A DNA stretch of 64,000 nt from Eledone cirrhosa (taxonomy: Eukaryota), in contig OZ024747.1 in NCBI GenBank assembly GCA_964016885.1, positions 48,174,001-48,238,000 of the forward strand. Direction: 5' to 3'. Under the pieces are notes generated by a model. The model was not told the origin of the DNA. It did no database searches and was given only the letters and a program-made list of their open reading frames with translations. The translations under genes and the position numbers were made by a program. The first letter of the stretch is position 1, and every line of letters begins with the position of its first letter. Positions 51,362 to 64,000 of this stretch are shown here, piece by piece.

Positions 51362-51889
51362 GTAGAAAAATATATTGAATTTCAAATGAGAGTAGAGATA
51401 GATATATAAGATTAAATGCAAGGCATAAAAGTAGAATGTAGATCAGTGGTTTTTCATGCGATGCTAATAAACGTTGCGATATATGCATATTTATATATAT
51501 ATATTTACTAAAATAACAGATTATATAGTTGATATATCATCATCATCATCATCATCATCATCGTTTAACGTCCATATTCCACGCTTGCATGGGTTTGGAC
51601 GGGAGTTTTCCCACTTGAGGCAAGAGTGGTTGTCTTGCTCGCATAGGATTGTCTGGCAGGTTTACTACGGCTGGATGCCCTTACTAACACCAATCACATT
51701 TATAGTGTGGAACTGGGAGGTTTTTACCGTATTACCTACACGGCCACATTACAGCGTGGACTGTGTGTTTTTTTGTCGTGACACACCTCATTTGTTTCGG
51801 GCTGGATGTTGTGGTACCAACATAATATATTTATCCTTATCGAGCCCTCTTTGGATTTTAGTCTTCAAATTTATTATTATTACTATATA

Positions 51890-51921
<32 letters not shown>

Positions 51922-52013
51922 CATATATATATACATATATATACATATATATATATACACACACACATTCCCACATACATATATATACATATATATCTCA
52001 TGTGTTTATTCAG

Positions 52014-52180
52014 GACCAGTATATATTGAAGATGCATGTTAAAATGGTTCACTTACCTGCAGAAGTGCTTTATGAATGTACAATATGTGCCAAAAAATTC
52101 ACAAGGAAAGCTCATTTAAAGCGTCACTTACGAATACACGATCCAGAGAAACCTTACAAATGTCCTCATTGTGAATACAG
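52014..52180 (+). CDS. ZF gene coding exon 11 (fingers 4-6; gene continues beyond the window)
   Basis: attcag|GAC; DQYILKMHVKMVH completes finger 4; CTICAKKFTRKAHLKRHLRIH-DPEKPY-KCPHCEY; donor AG|GTAAGC; phase 0-2; no stop codon reached. Confidence 0.93.
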
Positions 52181-52719
52181 GTAAGCTTCTACTTTAGTAT
52201 TTGCCTATTAAAAACAGAGTTCCAGACTAAATGGCTTTTGTCTGGTTGTTTAGTTGTCACCAAATGTTTTTTGGTGAAATGCATTTCATCTCTTCGGGTG
52301 CCAATAAATTATAAAAGATACCAGTAATATATGGTTTAACTCTTCAATTGAGGTCAACTTTGCCTTTTTATCTTTTTGGAGTTGATAAAATGCCAGTTCA
52401 GGTGAGTGAATTGGGAGAATTGGTAGAGCGTCAGATGGTGGTTTTGCCTTAGCTGTTCTCTCACTTTGTGTTCTGTTTTCAAATCTTACCATCTATTCCC
52501 AGACAAAGGGTGACATGATATGACATGGGTTCCTATCATTAAAGCACTCAAGAAACCTGTAAGATACAACATCATAGAAAGCCAGCTAAACTGTAGCAGA
52601 TGTTACCTGTAACAACATATTTGTGATTAGATTTTAAATAATTTTGAAAATAACAAGATCAACAAAATTTTGGAAAGATTTTGTGAAATAACTGACTTTT
52701 ATATTATTATGGTGTTGGG

Positions 52720-55700
52720 AACAGTGGAGTGGGGGAGTCAGTGTAGTGGTGGAGACAGTGTAGTGGTGGAGACAGTGTAGTGGGGGAGACAGTGTAGTGG
52801 GGGAGACAGTGTATTGGTGGAGACAGTGTAGTGATAGAGAGAGTGTAGTGATAGAGAGAGTGTAGTGGTGGAGAGAGTGTAGTGGGGGAGACAGTGTAGT
52901 GGTGGAGACAGTGTAGTGGGGGAGACAGTGTAGTGGGGGAGACAGTGTAGTGGGGGAGACAGTGTAGTGGGGGAGACAGTGTAGTGGTGGAGACAGTGTA
53001 GTGGTGGAGACAGTGTAGTAGTATAGACAGTGTAGTGGTGGAGACAGTGTAGTGGTAGAGACAGTGTAGTGGTGGAGACAGTGTAGTGGGGGAGACAGTG
53101 TAGTGGTGGAGACAGTGTAGTGGGGGAGACAGTGTAGTGGTGGAGACAGTGTAGTGGGGGAGACAGTGTAGTGGGGGAGACAGTGTAGTGGGGGAGACAG
53201 TGTAGTGGTGGAGACAGAGTAGTGGTGGAGGCAGAGTAGTGGTGGAGACAGTGTAGTGGTGGAGACAGTGTAGTGGTGGAGACAGTGTAGTGGTAGAGAC
53301 AGTGTAGTGGTGGAGACAGTGGTGTGGTGGAGACAGAGTAGTGGTGGAGACAGTGTAGTGGTGGAGACAGTGTAGTAGTAGAGACAGTGTAGTAGTAGAG
53401 ACAGTGGAGTGGTGGAGACAGTGGAGTGGTAGAGACAGTGTAGTGGTGGAGACAGTGGCGTGGTGGAGACAGAGTAGTGGTGGAGACAGTGTAGTGGTGG
53501 AGACAGTGTAGTAGTAGAGACAGTGTAGTAGTAGAGACAGTGGAGTGGTGGAGACAGTGGAGTGGTAGAGACAGTGTAGTGGTGGAGACAGTGGCGTGGT
53601 GGAGACAGTGTAGTGGTGGAGACAGTGGAGTGGTGGAGACAGTGGAGTGGTGGAGACAGTGTAGTGGTGGAGACAGTGTAGTGGTGGTGGAGACAGTGGC
53701 GTGGTGGAGACAGTGTAGTGGTGGAGACAGTGGAGTGGTGGAGACAGTGTAGTGGTAGAGACAGTGTAGTGATTGAGAGAGTGGAGTGGTGGAGACAATG
53801 TAGTAGTAGAGACAGTGTAGTGATGGAGACAGTGTAGTGGGGGAGGCAGTGTTTTGGTGGAGAGAGTGTAGTGGGGGAGACAGTGTAGCGGTGGAGGCAG
53901 TGTAGTGGTGGAGACAGTGTAGTGGTGGTGGAGGCAGTGTAGTGGTGGAGACACTGCAGTGGGGGAGACAGTGTAGTGGTGGAGGCAGTGTATTGGTGGA
54001 GACAGTGTAGTGGTGGAGACAGTGTAGTAGTAGAGACAGTGTAGTGGTGGAGACAGTATAGTAGTAGAGACAGTACAGTGGTGGAGACAGTGTAGTAGTC
54101 GAGACAGTGTAGTGGTGGAGAGAGTGTAGTAGTAGAGACAGTGTAGTATTGGAGACAGTGTAGTGGTGGAGACAGTGTAGTAGTAGAGACAGTGCAGTGG
54201 TGGAGACAGTGCAGTGGTGGAGACAGTGTAGTGGTGGAGACAGTGTAGTAGTAGAGACAGTGCAGTGGTGGAGACAGTGTAGTGGTGGAGACAGTGTAGT
54301 AGTAGAGACAGTGTAGCGGTGGAGACAGTATAGTGGGAGAGAGAGTGTAGTGGTGGAGACAGTGGAGTGGGGGAGACAGTGTAGCGGTAGAGACAGTGTA
54401 GTGGTGGAGACAGTGTAGCGGTGGAGACAGTGTAGCGGTGGAGATAGTGTAGCGGTGGAGGCAGTGTAGTGGTGGAGACAGTGTAGTGGTGGAGACAATG
54501 TAGTGGTGGAGACAATGTAGTGGTGGAGACAGTGTAGTAGTAGAGACAGTGTAGTGGTGGAGACAATGTAGTAGTAGAGACAGTGTAGCGGTGGAGACAG
54601 TGTAGTGGTGGAGACAGTGTAGTGGTGGAGACAGTGTAGCGATGGAGACAGTGTTGTAGTAGAGACAGTGTAGTGGTGGAGGCAGTGTAGTGGTGGAGAC
54701 AGTGTAGTGGTGGAGACAGTGTAGCGGTGGAGACAGTGTAGTAGTAGAGACAGTGTAGCGGTGGAGACAGTATAGTGGGGGAGAGAGTGTAGTGGTGGAG
54801 ACAGTGGAGTGGGGGAGACATTGTAGTGGTGGATACAGTGTAGTGGTGGAGACAGTGTAGCGGTGGAGACAGTGTAGCGGTGGAGACGACAGTGTAGCGG
54901 TGGAGGCAGTGTAGCGGTGGAGACAGTGTAGCGGTGGAGACAGTGTAGTGGTGAAGACAATGTAGTGGTGGAGACAGTGTAGTAGTAGAGACAGTGCAGT
55001 GGTAGAGACAGTGTAGCGGTGGAGACAGTGTAGAGGTGGAGACAGTGTAATGGTGGAGACGGTGTAGCGGTGGAGACAGTCTAGTAGTAGAGACAGTGTA
55101 GCGGTGGAGACAGTATCGTGGGAGAGAGAGTGTAGTGGTGGAGACAGTGGAGTGGGGGAGACAGTGGAGTGGGGGAGACATTGTAGTGGTGGAGACAGTG
55201 TAGCGGTGGAGACAGTGTAGCGGTGGAGACAACAGTGTAGCGGTGGAGACAGTGTAATGGGGGAGGCAGTGTAGTGGTAGCGACAGTGTAGTAGTAGTAG
55301 AGACAGTACAGTGGTGGAGACAGTGTAGTGGTGGAGGCAGTGTAGTAGTAGAGACAGTGCAGTGGTGGAGACAGTGTAGTGATGGAGACAGTGTAGTGGT
55401 GGAGACAATGTAGTGATGGAGACAGTGTAGTGGTGGAGACAGTGTAGTAGTAGAGACAGTGTAGTGGTGGAGACAGTATAGTAGTAGAGACAGTGTAGTG
55501 GGGGAGTCAGTGTAGTGGTGGAGACAGTATAGTAGTAGAGACAGTACAGTGGTGGAGACAGTGTAGTAGTGGAGACAGTGTAGTGGTGGAGACAGTGTAG
55601 TGGTGGAGACAGTGTAGTAGTAGAGACAGTACAGTGGTGGAGGCAGTGTAGTGGTGGAGGCAGTGTAGTAGTAGAGACAGTGCAGTGGTGGAGACAGTGT

Positions 55701-58700
55701 AGTGATGGAGACAGTGTAGTGGTGGAGACAGTGTAGTGATGGAGACAGTGTAGTGGTGGAGACAGTGTAGTAGTAGAGACAGTGCAGTGGTGGAGACAGT
55801 GCAGTGGTGGAGACAGTGTAGTGGTGGAGACAGTGTAGCGGTGGAGACAGTGTAGCGGTGGAGACAGTGTAGCAGTGGAGACAGTGCAGTGGTGGAGACA
55901 GTGTTGTGGTGGAGACAATGTAGTGGTGGAGACAGTGTAGTAGTAGAGACAGTGCAGTGGTGGAGACAGTGTATTAGTAGAGACAGTGTATCGGTGAAGA
56001 CAGTATAGTGGGGGAGAGAGTGTAGTGGTGGGGACAGTGGAGTGGGGGAGACATTGTAGTGGTGGATACAGTGTAGTGGTGGATACAGTGTAGTGGTGGA
56101 GACAGTGTAGCGGTGGAGACAGTGTAGCGGTGGAGACGACAGTGTAGCGGTGGAGACAGTGTAGCGGTGGAGACGACAGTGTAGCGGTGGAGACAGTGTA
56201 GCGGTGGAGACGGCAGTGTAGCGGTGGAGGCAGTGTAGCGGTGGAGACAGTGTAGCGGTGGAGACAGTGTAGTAGTAGAGACAGTGTAGTGGTGGAGACA
56301 GTGTAGTAGTAGAGACAGTGCAGTGGTGGAGACGGTGTAGCGGTGGAGACAGTGTAGCGGTGGAGACAGTGTAGTGGTGGAGACAGTGTAGCGGTGGAGA
56401 CAGTATAGTGGGGGAGAGAGTGTAGTGGTGGAGACAGTGGAGTGGGGGAGACAGTGTAGCGGTGGAGACAGTGTAGCGGTGGAGACGACAGTGTAGCGGT
56501 GGAGACAGTGTAGTGGTGGAGACAATGTAGTGGTGGAGACAATGTAGTGGTGGAGACAGTGTAGTAGTAGAGACAGTGTAGTGGTGGAGACAATGTAGTA
56601 GTAGAGACAGTGTAGCGGTGGAGACAGTGTAGTGGTGGAGACAGTGTAGTGGTGGAGACAGTGTAGCGATGGAGACAGTGTAGTAGTAGAGACAGTGTAG
56701 TGGTGGAGGCAGTGTAGTGGTGGAGACAGTGTAGTGGTGGAGACAGTGTAGCGGTGGAGACAGTGTAGTAGTAGAGACAGTGTAGCGGTGGAGACAGTAT
56801 AGTGGGGGAGAGAGTGTAGTGGTGGAGACAGTGGAGTGGGGGAGACATTGTAGTGGTGGATACAGTGTAGTGGTGGAGACAGTGTAGCGGTGGAGACAGT
56901 GTAGCGGTGGAGACGACAGTGTAGCGGTGGAGGCAGTGTAGCGGTGGAGACAGTGTAGCGATGGAGACAGTGTAGTGGTGAAGACAATGTAGTGGTGGAG
57001 ACAGTGTAGCGGTGGAGACAGTGTAGAGGTGGAGACAGTGTAATGGTGGAGACGGTGTAGCGGTGGAGACAGTCTAGTAGTAGAGACAGTGTAGCGGTGG
57101 AGACAGTATCGTGGGAGAGAGAGTGTAGTGGTGGAGACAGTGGAGTGGGGGAGACAGTGGAGTGGGGGAGACATTGTAGTGGTGGAGACAGTGTAGCGGT
57201 GGAGACAGTGTAGCGGTGGAGACAACAGTGTAGCGGTGGAGACAGTGTAGTGGTAGAGACAGTGTAGTAGTAGTAGAGACAGTACAGTGGTGGAGACAGT
57301 GTAGTGGTGGAGGCAGTGTAGTAGTAGAGACAGTGCAGTGGTGGAGACAGTGTAGTGATGGAGACAGTGTAGTGGTGGAGACAATGTAGTGATGGAGACA
57401 GTGTAGTGGTGGAGACAGTGTAGTAGTAGAGACAGTGTAGTGGTGGAGACAGTATAGTAGTAGAGACAGTGTAGTGGGGGAGTCAGTGTAGTGGTGGAGA
57501 CAGTATAGTAGTAGAGACAGTACAGTGGTGGAGACAGTGTAGTAGTGGAGACAGTGTAGTGGTGGAGACAGTGTAGTGGTGGAGACAGTGTAGTAGTAGA
57601 GACAGTACAGTGGTGGAGGCAGTGTAGTGGTGGAGGCAGTGTAGTAGTAGAGACAGTGCAGTGGTGGAGACAGTGTAGTGATGGAGACAGTGTAGTGGTG
57701 GAGACAGTGTAGTGATGGAGACAGTGTAGTGGTGGAGACAGTGTAGTAGTAGAGACAGTGCAGTGGTGGAGACAGTGCAGTGGTGGAGACAGTGTAGTGG
57801 TGGAGACAGTGTAGCGGTGGAGACAGTGTAGCGGTGGAGACAGTGTAGCAGTGGAGACAGTGCAGTGGTGGAGACAGTGTTGTGGTGGAGACAATGTAGT
57901 GGTGGAGACAGTGTAGTAGTAGAGACAGTGCAGTGGTGGAGACAGTGTATTAGTAGAGACAGTGTATCGGTGAAGACAGTATAGTGGGGGAGAGAGTGTA
58001 GTGGTGGGGACAGTGGAGTGGGGGAGACATTGTAGTGGTGGATACAGTGTAGTGGTGGATACAGTGTAGTGGTGGAGACAGTGTAGCGGTGGAGACAGTG
58101 TAGCGGTGGAGACGACAGTGTAGCGGTGGAGACAGTGTAGCGGTGGAGACAGTGTAGCGGTGGAGACGACAGTGTAGCGGTGGAGACAGTGTAGCGGTGG
58201 AGACGGCAGTGTAGCGGTGGAGGCAGTGTAGCGGTGGAGACAGTGTAGCGGTGGAAACAGTGTAGTAGTAGAGACAGTGTAGTGGTGGAGACAGTGTAGT
58301 AGTAGAGACAGTGCAGTGGTGGAGACGGTGTAGCGGTGGAGACAGTGTAGCGGTGGAGACAGTGTAGTGGTGGAGACAGTGTAGCGGTGGAGACAGTATA
58401 GTGGGGGAGAGAGTGTAGTGGTGGAGACAGTGGAGTGGGGGAGACAGTGTAGCGGTGGAGACAGTGTAGCGGTGGAGACGACAGTGTAGCGGTGGAGACA
58501 GTGTAGCGGTGGAGACAGTGTTTTGGTGGAGACAGTGTAGTGGTGGAGACAGTGTAGTAGTAGAGACAGTGTAGTGGGGGAGGAAGTGTAGTGGTGGAGA
58601 CAGTGTAGTGGTGGAGACAGTGTAGTGGTGGAGACAATGTAGTGGTGGAGACAGTGTAGTAGTAGAGACAGTGCAGTGGTGGAGACAGTGTAGTGGTGGA

Positions 58701-61700
58701 GACAGTGTAGTAGTAGAGACAGTGTATCGGTGGAGACAGTATAGTGGGGGGAGAGAGTGTAGTGGTGGAGACAGTGGAGTGGGGGAGACATTGTAGTGGT
58801 GGATACAGTGTAGTGGTGGAGACAGTGTAGCGGTGGAGACAGTGTAGCGGTGGAGACAGTGTAGCGGTGGAGACGACAGTGTAGCGGTGGAGACAGTGTA
58901 GCGGTGGAGACGACAGTGTAGCGGTGGAGGCAGTGTAGCGGTGGAGACAGTGTAGTAGTAGAGACAGTGTAGTGGTGGAGACAGTGTAGCAGTAGAGACA
59001 GTGCAGTGGTGGAGGCAGTGTAGTGGTGTAGACAGTGTAGTGGTGGAGACAGTGTAGCGGTGGAGACAGTGTAGCGGTGGAGACAGTGTAGCGGTGGAGA
59101 CAGTGTAGTGGTGGAGACAGTGTAGTAGTAGAGACAGTGTAGCGGTGGAGAGAGTATAGTGGGAGAGAGAGTGTAGTGGTGGAGACAGTGGAGTGGGGGA
59201 GACATTGTAGTGGTGGATACAGTGTAGTGGGGGAGACATTGTAGTGGTGGAGACAGTGTAGTGGTGGAGGCAGTGTAGTAGTAGAGACAGTGCAGTGGTG
59301 GAGACAGTGTAGTGGTGGAGACAGTGTGGTGGTGGAGACAGTGTAGTGGTGGAGACAGTGTAGTGGTGGAGACAGTGTAGTGGTGGAGACAGTGTAGTGG
59401 TAGAGACAGTGCAGTGGTGGAGACAGTGTAGTGGTGGAGACAGTGTAGCGGTGGAGACAGTGTAGCGGTGGAGACAGTGTAGCGCTGGACACAGTGCAGT
59501 GGTGGAGACAGTGTAGTGGTGGAGACAATGTAGTGGTGGAGACAGTGTAGTAGTAGAGACAGTGCAGTGGTGGAGACAGTGTAGTGGTGTAGACAGTGTA
59601 GTAGTAGAGACAGTGTAGCGGTGGAGACAGTATAATGGGAGAGAGAGTGTAGTGGTGGAGACAGTGTTATGGGGGAGACAGTGTAGTGGTGGAGGCAGTG
59701 TAGTAGTAGAGACAGTGCAGTGGTGGAGACAGTGTAGTGGTGGAGACAGTGTAGTGGTAGAGACAGTGCAGTGGTGGAGACAGTGCAGTGGTGGAGACAG
59801 TGTAGTGGTGGAGACAGTGTAGAAGTAGAGACAGTGCAGTGGTGGAGGCAGTGTAGTGGTGGAGACAGTGTAATGGTGGAGACAGTGTAGCGGTGGAGAC
59901 AGTGTAGCGGTGGAGATAGTGTAGCGGTGGAGACAGTGTAGTGGTGAAGACATTGTAGTGGTGGAGACAATGTAGTGGTGGAGACAATGTAGTGGTGGAG
60001 ACAGTGTAGTAGTAGAGACAGTGCAGTGGTGGAGACAGTGTAGTGGTGGAGACAGTGTAGTAGTAGAGACAGTGTAGCGGTGGAGACAGTATAGTGGGAG
60101 AGAGAGTGTAGTGGTGGAGACAGTGGAGTGGTGGAGACAGTGTAGCGGTGGAGACAGTGTAGTGGTGGAGACAGTGTAGCGGTGGAGACAGTGTTGCGGT
60201 GGAGATAGTGTAGCGGTGGAGGCAGTGTAGTGGTGGAGACAGTGTAGTGGTGGAGACAATGTAGTGGTGGAGACAATGTAGTGGTGGAGACAGTGTAGTA
60301 GTAGAGACAGTGTAGTGGTGGAGACAATGTAGTAGTAGAGACAGTGTAGCGGTGGAGACAGTGTAGTGGTGGAGACAGTGTAGCGGTGGAGACAGTGTAG
60401 CGATGGAGACAGTGTAGTAGTAGAGACAGTGTAGTGGTGGAGGCAGTGTAGTGGTGGAGACAGTGTAGTGGTGGAGACAGTGTAGCGGTGGAGACAGTGT
60501 AGTAGTAGAGACAGTGTAGCGGTGGAGACAGTATAGTGGGGGAGAGAGTGTAGTGGTGGAGACAGTGGAGTGGGGGAGACATTGTAGTGGTGGATACAGT
60601 GTAGTGGTGGAGACAGTGTAGCGGTGGAGACAGTGTAGCGGTGGAGACGACAGTGTAGCGGTGGAGGCAGTGTAGCGGTGGAGACAGTGTAGCGGTGGAG
60701 ACAGTGTAGTGGTGAAGACAATGTAGTGGTGGAGACAGTGTAGTAGTAGAGACAGTGCAGTGGTGGAGACAGTGTAGCGGTGGAGACAGTGTAGAGGTGG
60801 AGACAGTGTAATGGTGGAGACGGTGTAGCGGTGGAGACAGTCTAGTAGTAGAGACAGTGTAGCGGTGGAGACAGTATCGTGGGAGAGAGAGTGTAGTGGT
60901 GGAGACAGTGGAGTGGGGGAGACAGTGGAGTGGGGGAGACATTGTAGTGGTGGAGACAGTGTAGCGGTGGAGACAGTGTAGCGGTGGAGACAACAGTGTA
61001 GCGGTGGAGACAGTGTAATGGGGGAGGCAGTGTAGTGGTAGAGACAGTGTAGTAGTAGTAGAGACAGTACAGTGGTGGAGACAGTGTAGTGGTGGAGGCA
61101 GTGTAGTAGTAGAGACAGTGCAGTGGTGGAGACAGTGTAGTGATGGAGACAGTGTAGTGGTGGAGACAATGTAGTGATGGAGACAGTGTAGTGGTGGAGA
61201 CAGTGTAGTAGTAGAGACAGTGTAGTGGTGGAGACAGTATAGTAGTAGAGACAGTGTAGTGGGGGAGTCAGTGTAGTGGTGGAGACAGTATAGTAGTAGA
61301 GACAGTACAGTGGTGGAGACAGTGTAGTAGTGGAGACAGTGTAGTGGTGGAGACAGTGTAGTGGTGGAGACAGTGTAGTAGTAGAGACAGTACAGTGGTG
61401 GAGGCAGTGTAGTGGTGGAGGCAGTGTAGTAGTAGAGACAGTGCAGTGGTGGAGACAGTGTAGTGATGGAGACAGTGTAGTGGTGGAGACAGTGTAGTGA
61501 TGGAGACAGTGTAGTGGTGGAGACAGTGTAGTAGTAGAGACAGTGCAGTGGTGGAGACAGTGCAGTGGTGGAGACAGTGTAGTGGTGGAGACAGTGTAGC
61601 GGTGGAGACAGTGTAGCGGTGGAGACAGTGTAGCAGTGGAGACAGTGCAGTGGTGGAGACAGTGTTGTGGTGGAGACAATGTAGTGGTGGAGACAGTGTA

Positions 61701-64000
61701 GTAGTAGAGACAGTGCAGTGGTGGAGACAGTGTATTAGTAGAGACAGTGTATCGGTGAAGACAGTATAGTGGGGGAGAGAGTGTAGTGGTGGGGACAGTG
61801 GAGTGGGGGAGACATTGTAGTGGTGGATACAGTGTAGTGGTGGATACAGTGTAGTGGTGGAGACAGTGTAGCGGTGGAGACAGTGTAGCGGTGGAGACGA
61901 CAGTGTAGCGGTGGAGACAGTGTAGCGGTGGAGACGACAGTGTAGCGGTGGAGACAGTGTAGCGGTGGAGACGGCAGTGTAGCGGTGGAGGCAGTGTAGC
62001 GGTGGAGACAGTGTAGCGGTGGAGACAGTGTAGTAGTAGAGACAGTGTAGTGGTGGAGACAGTGTAGTAGTAGAGACAGTGCAGTGGTGGAGACGGTGTA
62101 GCGGTGGAGACAGTGTAGCGGTGGAGACAGTGTAGTGGTGGAGACAGTGTAGCGGTGGAGACAGTATAGTGGGGGAGAGAGTGTAGTGGTGGAGACAGTG
62201 GAGTGGGGGAGACAGTGTAGCGGTGGAGACAGTGTAGCGGTGGAGACGACAGTGTAGCGGTGGAGACAGTGTAGTGGTGGAGACAGTGTAGTGGTGGAGA
62301 CAATGTAGTGGTGGAGACAATGTAGTGGTGGAGACAGTGTAGTAGTAGAGACAGTGTAGTGGTGGAGACAATGTAGTAGTAGAGACAGTGTAGCGGTGGA
62401 GACAGTGTAGTGGTGGAGACAGTGTAGTGGTGGAGACAGTGTAGCGATGGAGACAGTGTAGTAGTAGAGACAGTGTAGTGGTGGAGGCAGTGTAGTGGTG
62501 GAGACAGTGTAGTGGTGGAGACAGTGTAGCGGTGGAGACAGTGTAGTAGTAGAGACAGTGTAGCGGTGGAGACAGTATAGTGGGGGAGAGAGTGTAGTGG
62601 TGGAGACAGTGGAGTGGGGGAGACATTGTAGTGGTGGATACAGTGTAGTGGTGGAGACAGTGTAGCGGTGGAGACAGTGTAGCGGTGGAGACGACAGTGT
62701 AGCGGTGGAGGCAGTGTAGCGGTGGAGACAGTGTAGCGATGGAGACAGTGTAGTGGTGAAGACAATGTAGTGGTGGAGACAGTGTAGCGGTGGAGACAGT
62801 GTAGAGGTGGAGACAGTGTAATGGTGGAGACGGTGTAGCGGTGGAGACAGTCTAGTAGTAGAGACAGTGTAGTGGTGGAGACAGTATCGTGGGAGAGAGA
62901 GTGTAGTGGTGGAGACAGTGGAGTGGGGGAGACAGTGGAGTGGGGGAGACATTGTAGTGGTGGAGACAGTGTAGCGGTGGAGACAGTGTAGCGGTGGAGA
63001 CAACAGTGTAGCGGTGGAGACAGTGTAATGGGGGAGGCAGTGTAGTGGTAGAGACAGTGTAGTAGTAGTAGAGACAGTACAGTGGTGGAGACAGTGTAGT
63101 GGTGGAGGCAGTGTAGTAGTAGAGACAGTGCAGTGGTGGAGACAGTGTAGTGATGGAGACAGTGTAGTGGTGGAGACAATGTAGTGATGGAGACAGTGTA
63201 GTGGTGGAGACAGTGTAGTAGTAGAGACAGTGTAGTGGTGGAGACAGTATAGTAGTAGAGACAGTGTAGTGGGGGAGTCAGTGTAGTGGTGGAGACAGTA
63301 TAGTAGTAGAGACAGTACAGTGGTGGAGACTGTAGTAGTGGAGACAGTGTAGTGGTGGAGACAGTGTAGTGGTGGAGACAGTGTAGTAGTAGAGACAGTA
63401 CAGTGGTGGAGGCAGTGTAGTGGTGGAGGCAGTGTAGTAGTAGAGACAGTGCAGTGGTGGAGACAGTGTAGTGATGGAGACAGTGTAGTGGTGGAGACAG
63501 TGTAGTGATGGAGACAGTGTAGTGGTGGAGACAGTGTAGTAGTAGAGACAGTGCAGTGGTGGAGACAGTGCAGTGGTGGAGACAGTGTAGTGGTGGAGAC
63601 AGTGTAGCGGTGGAGACAGTGTAGCGGTGGAGACAGTGTAGCAGTGGAGACAGTGCAGTGGTGGAGACAGTGTTGTGGTGGAGACAATGTAGTGGTGGAG
63701 ACAGTGTAGTAGTAGAGACAGTGCAGTGGTGGAGACAGTGTATTAGTAGAGACAGTGTATCGGTGAAGACAGTATAGTGGGGGAGAGAGTGTAGTGGTGG
63801 GGACAGTGGAGTGGGGGAGACATTGTAGTGGTGGATACAGTGTAGTGGTGGATACAGTGTAGTGGTGGAGACAGTGTAGCGGTGGAGACAGTGTAGCGGT
63901 GGAGACGACAGTGTAGCGGTGGAGACAGTGTAGCGGTGGAGACAGTGTAGCGGTGGAGACGACAGTGTAGCGGTGGAGACAGTGTAGCGGTGGAGACGGC
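52720..64000. repeat. 17-bp satellite array (>11 kb), intronic
   Basis: Unit GACAGTGTAGTGGTGGA with recurrent variants; continues past the window end. Confidence 0.98.

Noticed and set aside
51474-52013. 5' extension of the 236-aa ORF upstream of exon 11
   Set aside because: Made of RTE-UTR sequence and (TA)n; the real exon starts at the acceptor at 52014
14042-52180. Naming the gene ZFAT, REST, CTCF or ZNF335
   Set aside because: Only generic motif similarity; no diagnostic sequence recognised
52634-63687. Very long minus-strand ORFs (up to 1828 aa, SPPLHCLHHYTVSTTTL repeats)
   Set aside because: The 17-mer has no stop codon on the minus strand, so all three frames are open with the same peptide. 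This is a satellite artefact.

Overview
AT-rich, repeat-dense eukaryotic DNA. The SINE/RTE/(TA)n landscape strongly suggests a cephalopod (octopus-like) genome. The window holds the 5' part of one large multi-exon + strand gene. Eleven coding exons (14042-52180) join in frame via GT-AG introns into about 801 codons: an acidic N-terminus, two AT-hooks, a SIM-like motif, poly-Q and at least 5 complete C2H2 zinc fingers plus the start of a sixth. The gene runs off the right end, and a probable 5' non-coding exon lies near 4.7 kb. Introns and upstream DNA contain decayed RTE LINEs and partner tRNA-SINEs, a Tx1/L1 LINE fused head-to-head to an R4/Dong-like LINE, a Chapaev3-type DNA transposon, two non-autonomous Helitrons, Penelope-like (PLE) fragments and an >11 kb 17-bp satellite with ~2.0 kb and ~5.76 kb higher-order periods. 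The most notable signal is a set of short (TA)n-embedded fold-back elements of unrelated sequence. Their arms carry minimal type-I hammerhead ribozyme motifs (CUGANGA...GAAA, palindromic loop 3) in divergent orientation, and several lie on the sense strand of a zinc-finger gene intron. All calls are by eye; no searches were run.
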